DNA of 60,024 bases from a virus (IMGVR_UViG_3300012045_000001:1-60024); one strand, 5' to 3'; positions 18,623-29,596 are shown, counted from the stretch's first letter. The notes: generated by a model from the sequence alone, not told the origin. Numbers and translations: made by a program.

Positions 18623-20761
18623 CTAAAGTGCCAGCAATTCTGTTGTCTCCAGCGACATACTGATTCTGTGGCCCTGCTTACCGAGATTGTTTCCCGATAT
18701 ACCGTAGCCAGTGACAAAGTAATTGAGCGTCTGTCCGGTGCGGGTCTGTCCCTGCAAGACGCTTCCTCTGTTGATAGCGAAGTCCACCCCAGGCAAGTCA
18801 AGAGGCATTGCGCGAAGCGGATTAAGCAGACGTTTCAGTATCGTCTTTCCTAACGATAAGGCCTGCTCACGCGGCAACTCCAGAGCATTAACCGAAGTCG
18901 GAAGTCGAGGCCCGATAGCCGCTTCCGATACGAGGTCACGAAGCAGGATAGTTCTTGACCGCACTGCATACGGGTCAGTCCCAGTGCCTCCGGTGCGAGG
19001 AGACGTTACCGAACGCTTGACCGTGTTGTTAAGATGGTCTGTCACAACCACGGCCACTTCATATTGATTGCCCTTGATGTGCTTCAAGGTTTCCGTAGTT
19101 GTAGTGATAGGCCTCATACCTATCAACACCGCATCCTGAGCCACGACACCAGAAGACTGTGCAAGAAGGGCCGGATAGAGTCTGTAAATCTCCTCTCCGT
19201 CCGCATTCTCTCCGGCAACTACTTCTGGGTCTTCGGCCAGAAAACAAACTCCGTCAACGGTTGTGCGAGTTGACTTCTGGACTTTGCGGCCTGGGCTTAG
19301 TGGGTCATCGGCCCAGCTAATACTCGCGTCCTCTATCAGAATGGTCTGGGTAAAGACTTGCTTCTGCGAACCAACGTAGATACATCCCTCGACTACCTTA
19401 CGATGGCCCATAAGCAAATCGCCCTGATACCGGAAGTCCGTTGTTTCTTTGTGGGTCAGTGCGCTGGCCGACACGACGATTTCAGTTACCGTCTCGTTCT
19501 CGTCTTTGGTAGTCCACGTTATCGCCTGTCTGGTTTCAACGACAATGCTCTTTTCCACTTCGGAGACTATATTAAGTGGGTCTCCGGTAATATAGAACTC
19601 TCTGACGGTGCGCCTCGTCATTACCGACGAATAGCCTGCGCTACCAAAGGCCCCGTTCTCGTCGGTGCTTTCTGTTGTCCGGTCAATGTAATACGTTCTG
19701 TCCGGCTCGTCCTCTGCCGAATACTGATAAGTCAGAAGGACTGCATTCGACTCCGGTTTGTATGGAGTGGACTGCGAGAGGGACTTATGCTTGGCCAGAG
19801 TAATGAGGCGCGGCGTGTAGCCAAACGGCAACGGCTTCTCTGGGTCAATGATAAAGAGCGTGTTGTTCTCGACAAAGTAGAGCGGCGAATACATACCGAC
19901 AACGGGGCCAGCCCCTCCGTGCCAGCCTCCCTCCATAGTGAAGTCAGCACGGCGCACGTTGTAGTTTGGAATGTTCGTTACCACTGCGGCGAATCCGATA
20001 CCAGTCGTTGCATCGTTTGAAGTCCCCAAGAGATGAGCGATGCGGGTCATAGTGGCGAGAATCCAAGCATCAATGGTCGTAATGCCAGTTCCTCCGGCCG
20101 TTGTGTAGGCCCTCTGCAAGACCTGTTTCATAGTCAGTCCGGCGTAAGGCTCAAGTATCGGCATTATCGGTGCGCCTGCCTCAGTTCTGATAGCATCGGC
20201 AATCGAAGTCTCCACGTCCGTTATCTTGACACGAATAGGGTCAAACATAACGACTGGCCTTCTCGGTGCAAGAGTGAACTTGTCACTGATTACGTCCAGT
20301 GCGCTCATATTAACTTCATCCTGCGGCCTGCCGTCCGTGCCTCCGCGATAAGTGATGCGAAAGTCCTTGCCGGATAGCTTGCCGTTGTCAATCAACTTTA
20401 TCGCTTGAACGCCGCTCGGAGTGGTAACAAGCAACTCGAACTTAACACTGGCCCCGTCCGGTATTTGATTGATGTCCGGCTTGCTGAGACGCACGTTAAG
20501 CAGTGACCCCAAGCGGCCCGTCGGTGCTTGATAGCCGAAACTGGTAATCGGGACAACCACGTTGTTGACGGTCAGACGAGCATTGATTTCCAGTGCGCCA
20601 TATTCCCCTCCAGTCACTCCCGCAATAGAGGCCGCTAGAACGTCGGCCATAATCAGGAATGAATCACCGAACGATATTTCGACTTGGCCGAACGCTCCGT
20701 AATCTTCGACGGTGCGTATTCCTATGCTGGCGTATGAGCCGTATGTTTCTTCAATTAGCAT
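18623..20761 (-). CDS. putative tail hub (Tal-like) protein (712 aa)
   Basis: Position and size. Confidence 0.55.
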   Translation of the reverse strand: MLIEETYGSYASIGIRTVEDYGAFGQVEISFGDSFLIMADVLAASIAGVTGGEYGALEINARLTVNNVVVPITSFGYQAPTGRLGSLLNVRLSKPDINQIPDGASVKFELLVTTPSGVQAIKLIDNGKLSGKDFRITYRGGTDGRPQDEVNMSALDVISDKFTLAPRRPVVMFDPIRVKITDVETSIADAIRTEAGAPIMPILEPYAGLTMKQVLQRAYTTAGGTGITTIDAWILATMTRIAHLLGTSNDATTGIGFAAVVTNIPNYNVRRADFTMEGGWHGGAGPVVGMYSPLYFVENNTLFIIDPEKPLPFGYTPRLITLAKHKSLSQSTPYKPESNAVLLTYQYSAEDEPDRTYYIDRTTESTDENGAFGSAGYSSVMTRRTVREFYITGDPLNIVSEVEKSIVVETRQAITWTTKDENETVTEIVVSASALTHKETTDFRYQGDLLMGHRKVVEGCIYVGSQKQVFTQTILIEDASISWADDPLSPGRKVQKSTRTTVDGVCFLAEDPEVVAGENADGEEIYRLYPALLAQSSGVVAQDAVLIGMRPITTTTETLKHIKGNQYEVAVVVTDHLNNTVKRSVTSPRTGGTGTDPYAVRSRTILLRDLVSEAAIGPRLPTSVNALELPREQALSLGKTILKRLLNPLRAMPLDLPGVDFAINRGSVLQGQTRTGQTLNYFVTGYGISGNNLGKQGHRISMSLETTELLAL

Positions 20762-20770
20762 TAGCTTCTC

Positions 20771-21787
20771 CTACCACGGGGCTGGCCCTTCATAACTTCC
20801 TCTGATTGCAATGTTCGCTGGATACGGATTCGAGTTTCCTAAACTGTTAGCTGGGACTAGCACCCTGCTCCAGAAGTAGGCCGTCTCGCCTCCCAGCATT
20901 GTCCCAGCCGCTCCGTTCGCTCCGGTCAGAGTGACGTTAGACGTTCCGTAATCTCCGGCCACTCCTGCCGCGTCAGGCGCGATTTGAACATATCGGCTGG
21001 GGAATATCATCACGTTAGCTTCGTCGTCGGATGCCGCAGTCCCTTTAATGTTAAAGCTCACTCCGGTTAGCAGGCCCGAGATTATCTTGTATAAGTAAGA
21101 GTCTTCGGCCCTAAGACCTTCCGACGAACTGATAACTCCAGTCTGCTGGTCTTGAACAGAAAGCGAGTCTAGTGCTACATCATCAACCAGTAAGTCACAG
21201 GTCGCAGGGGGGCCAGTAACCAAGTTGGCAATCTTTACCACATACGGATTGACCTGGCCAGCTACCTTTCTCTCGACTGCTCCGGTTGCAAAGTCCCAGA
21301 CCACTAACGGATTGCCTATCTTAGCAATGACTATGGCCTGTTCCGTTAGCTGGGCGCGGCAACCAAACATAGCAACACCGTCGTTTGTTACTTGATGACG
21401 AACTCCCTCGCTCGGAGTGGCCGTAGCAAAACCAGAGCCGTCATAAGAGCCTAGCATTTGTCCGGCGAACAGTTTGACCGAGTGACCATTAGCCGCTTGG
21501 TTGGCATTCCATCCAATCTCCAGCCCAGGGACTATATCATAGTGGGCCGTAGCAGAGTTAAAGTTGACACCAGTGACGACACGGCCATTATACGGATTGG
21601 TCGGGGACGCGGCAATAGTTACCGTTCCGACAAAGCCTGCGATGTCAGAGAGAGTCAAGGTATAGATGTCCGGTATGGCCCCTCCAGAGTAACCTCCGAA
21701 CGAAAAGGATGTCCCGCTAAGTTGCTCGAAAGCAAAGTCCGAGGACTCCCACACGCCGTTCTTTAAGATTCTATCAATTAGTGACAT
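20771..21787 (-). CDS. putative minor tail protein
   Basis: Starts MSLIDRILK, TAATG-coupled; beta-rich. Confidence 0.55.
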   Translation of the reverse strand: MSLIDRILKNGVWESSDFAFEQLSGTSFSFGGYSGGAIPDIYTLTLSDIAGFVGTVTIAASPTNPYNGRVVTGVNFNSATAHYDIVPGLEIGWNANQAANGHSVKLFAGQMLGSYDGSGFATATPSEGVRHQVTNDGVAMFGCRAQLTEQAIVIAKIGNPLVVWDFATGAVERKVAGQVNPYVVKIANLVTGPPATCDLLVDDVALDSLSVQDQQTGVISSSEGLRAEDSYLYKIISGLLTGVSFNIKGTAASDDEANVMIFPSRYVQIAPDAAGVAGDYGTSNVTLTGANGAAGTMLGGETAYFWSRVLVPANSLGNSNPYPANIAIRGSYEGPAPW

Positions 21788-22194
21788 TATACAATAGTCC
21801 CCCTGCTTACGAATCTGAATACCACGGACTCCAGCCAGCCTTCCGAGTGAATCCCGTGAGAGAACCATTTCTGATTCCAGTCCGGTATCGCATTGACGTT
21901 GATTGCATAAACCTCATCAACGACATTGACGGCGAAAGTCGTGTTGTCGGCCACAGCCAGATTGATAGCTGTCAAGGCCTGTTTGATTTTGACTATCTCA
22001 TTTGACAACAAGGATATGCCAAACGGATTTCCCTTTGTTCCGATATTGACTATCTGAGCATCTGCCGTGCCGTCGTTGGCCCATTCAACTGAGCCTCGAT
22101 ACGGCGAAGCGAACTGGTCTCCGTCCAGTATGTCAGCACGGCATCCGGTAAATACAATGCCTGCGATTACGATTGTAGTGGCCCAACGTGCCAT
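21787..22194 (-). CDS. putative distal tail protein
   Basis: TAAGGAG RBS; first structural-type gene after the tape measure inserts. Confidence 0.5.
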   Translation of the reverse strand: MARWATTIVIAGIVFTGCRADILDGDQFASPYRGSVEWANDGTADAQIVNIGTKGNPFGISLLSNEIVKIKQALTAINLAVADNTTFAVNVVDEVYAINVNAIPDWNQKWFSHGIHSEGWLESVVFRFVSRGTIV

Positions 22195-22469
22195 AGCTTT
22201 AATCTCCTTAATGTAGCATCTCAAGTGTCCACTCCTAAGTTGCTGATTCTAACGCTCATTCCCCGTCATATATGCTCAGGACTCGACAGGGCTTGACGAA
22301 TATGCTAAACTAATACCATTCAGCCATTGGTGAAAGTGATTGAGGAGAGGGGCCTCTCCAACAGTATCACGGGTAACTAACGCGAAGGTCGCTCCTTCGT
22401 GGCAACGAACACGCGGGAGGTCAACCCCCAGCCCTAGTCTCCGGCTAACTGGCCTCCCGCGAGTTCTTT

Positions 22470-22673
22470 CTAATGCTTGTTATTAAAGTCTTCGGCCTTG
22501 AGCATCTTGACAGGTGCAGTCGGGGCCAGCCTCTTAACTTCCTGGAGACCGTGCATACAGTCCCTCATATCCGAATAGCCTTGACAGCCATCGGCCATAA
22601 CTTCTCCATTCGACAAATGGCGTAGTCTCCAATACCACTGTGAATCATTTCCGTAATATACTTCAAACTCCAT
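22470..22673 (-). CDS. YegP/DUF1508-like protein
   Basis: FEVY...QWYWRL...NGEVMADG.QGY pattern. Confidence 0.75.
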   Translation of the reverse strand: MEFEVYYGNDSQWYWRLRHLSNGEVMADGCQGYSDMRDCMHGLQEVKRLAPTAPVKMLKAEDFNNKH

Positions 22674-22684
22674 TAGGGCCTCCT

Positions 22685-23419
22685 TTAGTATTCCGTGACA
22701 ATCGGATGAATATGCTCGGGGCCTACCGTTTGCAGATACAACTGATAGTTGCCGTTGTCGTGCAAGATGTGTTCCCCTCCGTATCTCACGGTGTTTAGTG
22801 TTAATTGCCTCTCTCCGTTACAGACCGTAATAGTAGGTATGGTGCGGGATTGGCCGTTTCGCCAAACAGTCGTTACCTGTTCGGCCGCGTATATCCGGCC
22901 CACATTTGGGTCGGGGTCAATGTCGTAGATAGTGTTGTTGTAGTTCGGCGCGATAAGCACAAAACTCAATATCTGCTGGACTGGACTCAGCACACAGTCA
23001 GAACGAACAACAACAGTATAGTCTGAATGCTTCATCATTTGCGTATAGCCGTAGGCCTTTGAAGCATCGTCAAACAGCTTCGTTAGGGCCTCGTCAATCC
23101 ACATCTTGCGCTCGTCTTCGACTCCTGCGGTTGACCTCAGCTTAACACCTTTCGGAGTCATATCAACTGCATTCACCGGATTGATGCTCGGAACTGGAAC
23201 TGGTGTCGGCGTTGCGACATTCGGCCCAGGCCCTTCCGGTAACGGTGTTGATTCCTCTGGAGGCAGAGTCGGCATCGGTGTCGGTGCTGGCATACCTTCC
23301 GGTGCTGGCCCGACAACTACAACCGGAACAACCGGAACGGGTGCGCGTGGCTTGTTCTGTTTAGCTGGACATCCGGCCAGCACGAAGCTGGCCAGAACGA
23401 TTAGCAATAGTTTATTCAT
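22685..23419 (-). CDS. lipoprotein with Pro-rich linker
   Basis: MNKLLLIVLASFVLAG-C lipobox. Confidence 0.75.
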   Translation of the reverse strand: MNKLLLIVLASFVLAGCPAKQNKPRAPVPVVPVVVVGPAPEGMPAPTPMPTLPPEESTPLPEGPGPNVATPTPVPVPSINPVNAVDMTPKGVKLRSTAGVEDERKMWIDEALTKLFDDASKAYGYTQMMKHSDYTVVVRSDCVLSPVQQILSFVLIAPNYNNTIYDIDPDPNVGRIYAAEQVTTVWRNGQSRTIPTITVCNGERQLTLNTVRYGGEHILHDNGNYQLYLQTVGPEHIHPIVTEY

Positions 23420-23428
23420 AAAGTCTCC

Positions 23429-26400
23429 TTACTTGCCTTTGTTATTAACTCCACGGCCATAGCGTCCGAGACCCTGCGGATTCGCTCTCAGTCCACCTTG
23501 GTCAAGCGGGACATCGTAGCCCTTGCCGTCTGCGGCAAGTAAAGCCTCTTGGTCAATACGGGCCTGTGTATCATTCTGGACTTGAACCAGCATACTCACA
23601 TCTCCTCCGAGAATTGCTTCACGAATAATCTGGAGTTCGCTATTCATAGACTCTTGATACTCAAGTCCCTTCTTGACTGCGGCCCTTGCCTCGGCTTCTT
23701 CTTCGACTGTCCTTCTCGCCTCGTTCTTGAGAGCGTTCTGCCTTGCCTCGAACTGGTCGTAGGTCAAGTCTTTCGGATTGATGCCTTCCGTGCGGCCCAG
23801 AAGGTAACGGTCTGCTTCTTTGCCAACGTCCCTAGGATTGATACCCTTGGCCAGTTGGTCTCGCCTAAAACGCTCACCCTCCGCTAAGTTGGAGGCTACG
23901 CGCTCGTCTTCGAGGGCATTGAAGTTAGCCTTCTTGCGCTCGTCTTCGACTGCACGGCCCAGGCTGTTAGCCTTGATACCGAGAGCCTGTCTATAAGTGT
24001 CGGACAACCCAGCCGCTCGTAACTGCTTCGGTGTCAGTCCCGAGGACTGGATAGCTTCGATGGCCGAATCAGCATACGCCTCCTCGGTTGCCCGTTTGAC
24101 TTCCGGCGACTGGTTGGCCAGTTCACGCTGTCTCTTATCATAGGCCGCGTAATCATCCTGCCGTCCTTGGTCAAGAGTTACCGTCTGGGGTTTTCCATCA
24201 GCACCGATAAAGGTAGATGTTCTGGCCCCAGCCGAGAAACCTTCGATGCGTCGTCCGAACTGGGTTGTTCCGAGTTCCGGCCCACGTTCGAGTTCGCCTT
24301 TGGCGTTTCGTCTGGCTACGGCATAACTGACATTTCCTCCAGCGTTCAAGTCCGCTCCCGCTCCGGTAGCAAGCTGGAGATTAGAGAGCGTTTTGCGGAG
24401 GACTTCAATCGGCTTGATGTTCTGTCCCATCACTGCGGCCGCTTGTTGCCACAGCTTCGGAAGTTCCTTTGCCTGATTGACAATCGCCTGTTGAATGTTC
24501 AAGTAGTCCTGCTCACGGCGAGAGATGCCTGGGCCGCCCCTTGCGTCTCGCTCACGTCCCGCAGTATTCTCGAAGCCCTGCCGAGTGCCGAAGGTGTCAA
24601 AGGACAACTTGTTAAGCTGTGTTGCAATGGCCTTCTGTTCGAGTATCGTAAAGTATTCGACTGCCGCTTTACCCAAGAAGCCCCACTGCTGGCGCATCCT
24701 TTCGGCCACGGTTACTTGGTCAGCGAGAACCTTCACATAGGAGTTGTCCCCTCCGGTCAAGTTGTTGGCTATGTCCCCGACGACTCTAAATCCTCCGCTC
24801 TCCGCATCGCGCAGTTTGCCGAGCGCGTTGGACTGCTGAGTAATGCGCTCCTGTTTGGCCTTGTCCCTCTTAGCGGCCTCGCGTTCGGCTTTGAGCCTGT
24901 CACGTTCGGCAACCCTTTGTTCTTCTTCGACTCGGTTACGTTCCCTCTCAGACGAACGCTTGCGGTAATCTTCGATTCGTTCTTTGTCCTTCTCGCTAGT
25001 TCCGTAAAGGACATCGGCATTTGACTTGGCCTCAAGAGCATTCAAGTTGAATCTCTCGACGGCGTTGATGCTGGCATCATCATTAGAACGACCATTGAGA
25101 ATCTTGTCTCGGGCCTGCCGGAACTCCTCAAGAATCTTCGAGACACCCTTTAGCTGTGCGGCCGCAGGAATAATCTCCTCGATGTAGTTCTTGAGTCCTC
25201 CCTTGCCGTCGCCCTCCGCATCTCCTCTCTGGCGAACGTCCTGCCCAGTGAGAAGTTTTGTGAACTCTCCCTCGGCCAGAGAACGGTAACGAATGCGGCC
25301 CTCTGCGGCCGCTTGGTTGCGTTCCTTGACCTGTTTCTGAAACGCTGGTTGCTCGGCCTCGATTCTCTTTAGCTGTCTCTGGTCTTCCGCTTCCTGGGAC
25401 ACTCTCCCGAAGAACGGTATCTCTTTCGGAACTATGCTATTGATAATAGTCCCAATTCCGATTCCGGCAATAGCCGCTACTGCAATGGCCGCTCCTGCCG
25501 TTAGTATTCCTGCCGCGCTGACTGTCCCAGTAAGAACCGCACCGACTCCTCCGGCCGAAGCAATAGAGCCAGCGATTGCTCCTCCGACTGCCGAACCAGC
25601 AGTTGTCCCGAGGGCCGTCCCAGCGACACTTCCCAGAATGGTCAATGTCGTGGCGATAATCGGGCCAGCGTTAATCTGGCTGGCAATCAGACTTCCAATC
25701 TCCGCTCCGGCAACCCCTCCTATCAGTCCTCCTGCGACTGCCGTTCCGGTTTGTATCTTACTCGGGCCTTTTTCCAGTGCCTCGGTGTTCTTAGCGTTAA
25801 AGTCCTCGAACGACTGCCCGACGGCCTTGAACCTCTGACCTCCGGCCCTCTGGATTGCTTTAGACTTGGCCACTTGCGATTCTGCGGCCGTTGTAATGTC
25901 GAGAATGCCACGGGTCATACCGAGAGTGATTCTCTCGAACCCAGCACCGACAGACCGAACGAATCCGGCCTTCTTGGTCTTGGCTATTTCGATAGCGTGA
26001 TTCTGAGCGGCGGCCATATTACCGTCAAACTGGGCCTGTGTAGTCAGAAGCAGTTTGTTATACTCGTTAAGCCGAACCGACTCCTGCGCCTTCTTGCGTC
26101 CGAATAATCCAGCCGCTCCGATAGCGGCCACACCTAAAATACCGTTGACCCCTATGCTGTCAAACGTCTCCAAGGCTTTTGCTCTCGGGCCTGTTGTTTT
26201 CTCCAGCCCGAACTGAGCGACATCGGCATCGGAGATAGTTCCTCCTGGGCCGCTTCTGCCAAGTGTCGGTGCGCGTAAGTTATCCAGCGCACCCATCTTA
26301 CCAACAATAGTAGTAATCAAATCACCGAGCGGCTTAATCTCGGTAATGAAAAGGCCCACGCCTTCCTGAGCATTCAAAAAGGATGCGGCGATTAAGTCCA

Positions 26401-28570
26401 GCTTACCCGCTAAGGTTGTGGCCCTTTCTGCGGCTTCGCCTTCAAATCGTGCGCCTTGCGCCAGCGTGTAATTCAATACCGCGTTTTCTCTTGCGGCATC
26501 GTCCATAGCGGCCACATACGATTTGATTTGGTCTGCGCGAGTCTGATACTCTTTGTCTTCCTGGCCTATAATCAGTGAGTTCGGAACTTGAACCCGCTTG
26601 TCAACAACCTTGGCCGCTTCGCTTTCGTATATTGATTCAACGGTTGTGCCGAAGATTCTCTTATAGAACTTCGACTCGCGCCGTCTGAGTTGTTCAATCA
26701 ACTCGTCAGTCCTATCAACACCCCCGCCGCGCTGGGCCGCAATGTTGGACACAATCTTTGTCAACTGGTCAATGTCTTCGGGCCGCTCCTCGGTGAAACG
26801 GGCCGCTTCGGTCACTGCCGCTCGTGCCTGCTGGCGCGATAGTCCGATAGGCCGCAGGGATTCTACGAGCCTTTCATTAGCCGCTAGGTTGCCTCCCGCA
26901 GTTTCAGTGGCAAACCGCAGAGCATTACTAAACTCTACCGTCGTCTTGGCCGCTTCGACGGACTTGCCGATGTATTCAACCAGTCCGTAGGTGGCCCGAG
27001 AGACGACTTCATAAAGCAGAATGTTTCTGGTAATACGTCCCAGAGCGTCGCCTGATGTAAAGAAGCCCCTCTCGTTTAACAAGCCCGTCGGATTTGCCAG
27101 ATTCGGCCCTCCTGGGCCTCCTGACCCGCCTGCCCTTCCTCCACGCGGAGTAGTTCTCGGGCCGCTCGGCCCTTCAATACCTATCTGAGCCGTTTTCAAG
27201 TCACGAAAGCCTTGAATGGCCTGACGCTGTTCGCGTTCGACGGCGTTCAAGTCAGCGACAATCTCACGCAGAGGGCGCGAACGATTAACGTCTAGCAACT
27301 CAGCTTTTAACTGACTGACCTTCTGGGAAGTCTGTGTCATTGAAGCGAACAAGGCCCGAGAGTCTGCCGCCAGCGATGGGTCAACCCCTCCGATGAACCT
27401 TTGCAGGCCCTTTCGCTGGGTGTTGTTTGCGTCGGCAAGTCTATTCGATACATCGAGCGGCTTCGATACATTGGCCGCTCGGTCTCGAATTACTTCCTCG
27501 TCGTAGTTCTTCTTGGCCCTCTCCTCTCGTCTCTTTCTAGCGTCCTCGGCCTCACGTCTCCGGTTGGCATCTTCTTCCCCGCGTATATTGATACGCTGAT
27601 TGAGCGGCAAGTAATCGCTATTCTCACTAAAGCGAATCCGCTTCTGTTCCTCGGCCAGCCTGTCGGCCTCGAACTTCGCACGGTCGGCCTTCTGTTGACG
27701 AAACCTTTCTTCACGTTCACGCTGGGCGTTTCTCGTGGCCCTCAAGTCTCTGGCAATGTCAGTGCGGAAGATGTCGTCCTGTTCGCCTCTCGCTGGGTCA
27801 TTACGGAAACGCTGGAATTGTCGGCCCTGTTGCCTCAGCGAGTTCAAGTCTCCAGCACTTCGGCCGGACACATCTTTCGTGGCCGCTTGCGCTCGGGCAT
27901 CGAAGTCTCTTTGAATCTGACGATACTCCTCCGCACGGGCCGTATTGCGCTTCGCTATGTTGCGGTCTATGGCCGCGTCAACATACTTGAGATGACGGAT
28001 TTCTCCCTGCTGTCTCTGGAGTTCTGCGGCCGCTAGTTCCTTCTGGGTGCGAAAAGCGTTGTCGTTGATTCGTTTGTGAATGCCTTCACGTTTCAGCAAA
28101 TCCCTTTCTTCTGCAATGTTCACTTGACGGCCTAAGTCCCTAGTGCGTTTTCTCTCGCCTAGTTTCTGGTCAACGTCCTCAGATGTGACAGGCGCACGTT
28201 TAGCGGCGGCCCTGTCCTCGGCCTGCTTTCTATACCGTGCAGTCTTGTCAATCTCGTTTCGCTTTTCCTGTTCACTACTTACGAAGGCCCTCTGCCTCTC
28301 GGTCAGTTGTTCCTTTACTGCTCTGGTTTGTCTTATCTGCGTCTGTCCGAACAAGTCTCCTTGACGGGCCATCTCTTTATCGAACAAAGACGCTTGATTG
28401 GGGTCAACATAGGAGGACACACTGCCTCCTATGTTTTTCGGGATACCTCCGGCAACGGACGCGATGCCCTGCATCTCACTACGAATAGTGCGAAGCTGGG
28501 TAATCGTGTCCGCTCCACCTTGAAGGTCAACTCCAAGGCCTACGCGATTGACTGCATCTTCTCTTGCCAT
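23429..28570 (-). CDS. tape measure protein (1713 aa)
   Basis: Longest ORF, helical with G/A-rich hydrophobic segment, follows tail chaperones. Confidence 0.85.
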   Translation of the reverse strand: MAREDAVNRVGLGVDLQGGADTITQLRTIRSEMQGIASVAGGIPKNIGGSVSSYVDPNQASLFDKEMARQGDLFGQTQIRQTRAVKEQLTERQRAFVSSEQEKRNEIDKTARYRKQAEDRAAAKRAPVTSEDVDQKLGERKRTRDLGRQVNIAEERDLLKREGIHKRINDNAFRTQKELAAAELQRQQGEIRHLKYVDAAIDRNIAKRNTARAEEYRQIQRDFDARAQAATKDVSGRSAGDLNSLRQQGRQFQRFRNDPARGEQDDIFRTDIARDLRATRNAQREREERFRQQKADRAKFEADRLAEEQKRIRFSENSDYLPLNQRINIRGEEDANRRREAEDARKRREERAKKNYDEEVIRDRAANVSKPLDVSNRLADANNTQRKGLQRFIGGVDPSLAADSRALFASMTQTSQKVSQLKAELLDVNRSRPLREIVADLNAVEREQRQAIQGFRDLKTAQIGIEGPSGPRTTPRGGRAGGSGGPGGPNLANPTGLLNERGFFTSGDALGRITRNILLYEVVSRATYGLVEYIGKSVEAAKTTVEFSNALRFATETAGGNLAANERLVESLRPIGLSRQQARAAVTEAARFTEERPEDIDQLTKIVSNIAAQRGGGVDRTDELIEQLRRRESKFYKRIFGTTVESIYESEAAKVVDKRVQVPNSLIIGQEDKEYQTRADQIKSYVAAMDDAARENAVLNYTLAQGARFEGEAAERATTLAGKLDLIAASFLNAQEGVGLFITEIKPLGDLITTIVGKMGALDNLRAPTLGRSGPGGTISDADVAQFGLEKTTGPRAKALETFDSIGVNGILGVAAIGAAGLFGRKKAQESVRLNEYNKLLLTTQAQFDGNMAAAQNHAIEIAKTKKAGFVRSVGAGFERITLGMTRGILDITTAAESQVAKSKAIQRAGGQRFKAVGQSFEDFNAKNTEALEKGPSKIQTGTAVAGGLIGGVAGAEIGSLIASQINAGPIIATTLTILGSVAGTALGTTAGSAVGGAIAGSIASAGGVGAVLTGTVSAAGILTAGAAIAVAAIAGIGIGTIINSIVPKEIPFFGRVSQEAEDQRQLKRIEAEQPAFQKQVKERNQAAAEGRIRYRSLAEGEFTKLLTGQDVRQRGDAEGDGKGGLKNYIEEIIPAAAQLKGVSKILEEFRQARDKILNGRSNDDASINAVERFNLNALEAKSNADVLYGTSEKDKERIEDYRKRSSERERNRVEEEQRVAERDRLKAEREAAKRDKAKQERITQQSNALGKLRDAESGGFRVVGDIANNLTGGDNSYVKVLADQVTVAERMRQQWGFLGKAAVEYFTILEQKAIATQLNKLSFDTFGTRQGFENTAGRERDARGGPGISRREQDYLNIQQAIVNQAKELPKLWQQAAAVMGQNIKPIEVLRKTLSNLQLATGAGADLNAGGNVSYAVARRNAKGELERGPELGTTQFGRRIEGFSAGARTSTFIGADGKPQTVTLDQGRQDDYAAYDKRQRELANQSPEVKRATEEAYADSAIEAIQSSGLTPKQLRAAGLSDTYRQALGIKANSLGRAVEDERKKANFNALEDERVASNLAEGERFRRDQLAKGINPRDVGKEADRYLLGRTEGINPKDLTYDQFEARQNALKNEARRTVEEEAEARAAVKKGLEYQESMNSELQIIREAILGGDVSMLVQVQNDTQARIDQEALLAADGKGYDVPLDQGGLRANPQGLGRYGRGVNNKGK

Positions 28571-29007
28571 TAGTCAAAGTCTCCCTCGTCTTTTGAATCA
28601 TCCGGCCCTACATTAGTCTGCATATTGGCCGATTCAACTGCCTTCATTTTGGATACTTCGTCACGATACACGCTGACAAGTAAATCCGTCACTACCGTCC
28701 ATTTGAGGCCCGTGCCTTTCGTGGTCGAGGCCAGTGAAGCTATCTCGCTGACTACTCCAGTCAAGTATTTGACCGTCCACATTCTCCCGCCCCTGCGAGT
28801 AGCCTTCGGCATCCGGTTAAGTTCGGCCTCAGTTTCGGTTACGAATAACTTGCGCTGAATAGTGAACTCGCAATCTGGACACCCTTGACGCGGTTTGGCC
28901 GTGCGTCTTGTGCAGGCCGTCTGCTTCTCGTTGCAGGAGAAGTAGGACGGCCCTAGTTTAGCTACTCTCTTTTGAAAGTAGATTAGCTTACGGGCCACTA
29001 TCCTAAA
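28570..29007 (-). CDS. tail assembly chaperone, T part (likely frameshift extension)
   Basis: No own ATG/RBS; in +1 frame overlapping the end of the G ORF. Confidence 0.55.
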   Translation of the reverse strand, partial: FRIVARKLIYFQKRVAKLGPSYFSCNEKQTACTRRTAKPRQGCPDCEFTIQRKLFVTETEAELNRMPKATRRGGRMWTVKYLTGVVSEIASLASTTKGTGLKWTVVTDLLVSVYRDEVSKMKAVESANMQTNVGPDDSKDEGDFD

Positions 29008-29596
29008 GCGGCTTACGAAATTCCCTCGGCGTGATTGCGCCCCAATACGCAGAATCCGCCGCTTCAACTACCATTGCCAAAAAGTCCTTCATATCTGGGT
29101 CAGTCGCAGTCGTTACATACGAACGAAACGAATGTCCTGCCCCTTTGCCCAAGTCAACGAGGTCAGAGAAGCCTGTTGGAAGTTCGGCCATCAGGTCGCA
29201 CACTTCGTCAAGGGCCTGGTCTGTAATCTTCGCCGTCTGCTCTGCGGCCGCGAGGGACAAGTATTGTTGTCTCGTTTCCTCAGCTTCACGCGATAGTTTC
29301 AGACGGAACTTGAAGCCCCAAGGCTCGTAGTCTGGGTAGATTTTAGGGAAGACGATTTGTAGGTCAATCGTGCGTTTGATGTCGTTGCGGTTGAATACCT
29401 TTTTGACGACTTCTTTAACTAGGCCCATAGCTTTGTCTTTCAAAGCCTGTTCCTCCGGTGTCAATGGTGCTGGATTAGCGTATCCGGCCTTTTGTTGTTC
29501 TTCGGTCAGGGCCGGAGTTGTTTGTGGTTCTACTGGCTGGACAGCGTTTGTCCTTGCCACTTCATTAGCAGTTTCTTCTGGTGTCATTAGTTGCAT
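29003..29596 (-). CDS. tail assembly chaperone, G part
   Basis: Between major tail and tape measure genes. Confidence 0.65.
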   Translation of the reverse strand: MQLMTPEETANEVARTNAVQPVEPQTTPALTEEQQKAGYANPAPLTPEEQALKDKAMGLVKEVVKKVFNRNDIKRTIDLQIVFPKIYPDYEPWGFKFRLKLSREAEETRQQYLSLAAAEQTAKITDQALDEVCDLMAELPTGFSDLVDLGKGAGHSFRSYVTTATDPDMKDFLAMVVEAADSAYWGAITPREFRKPL

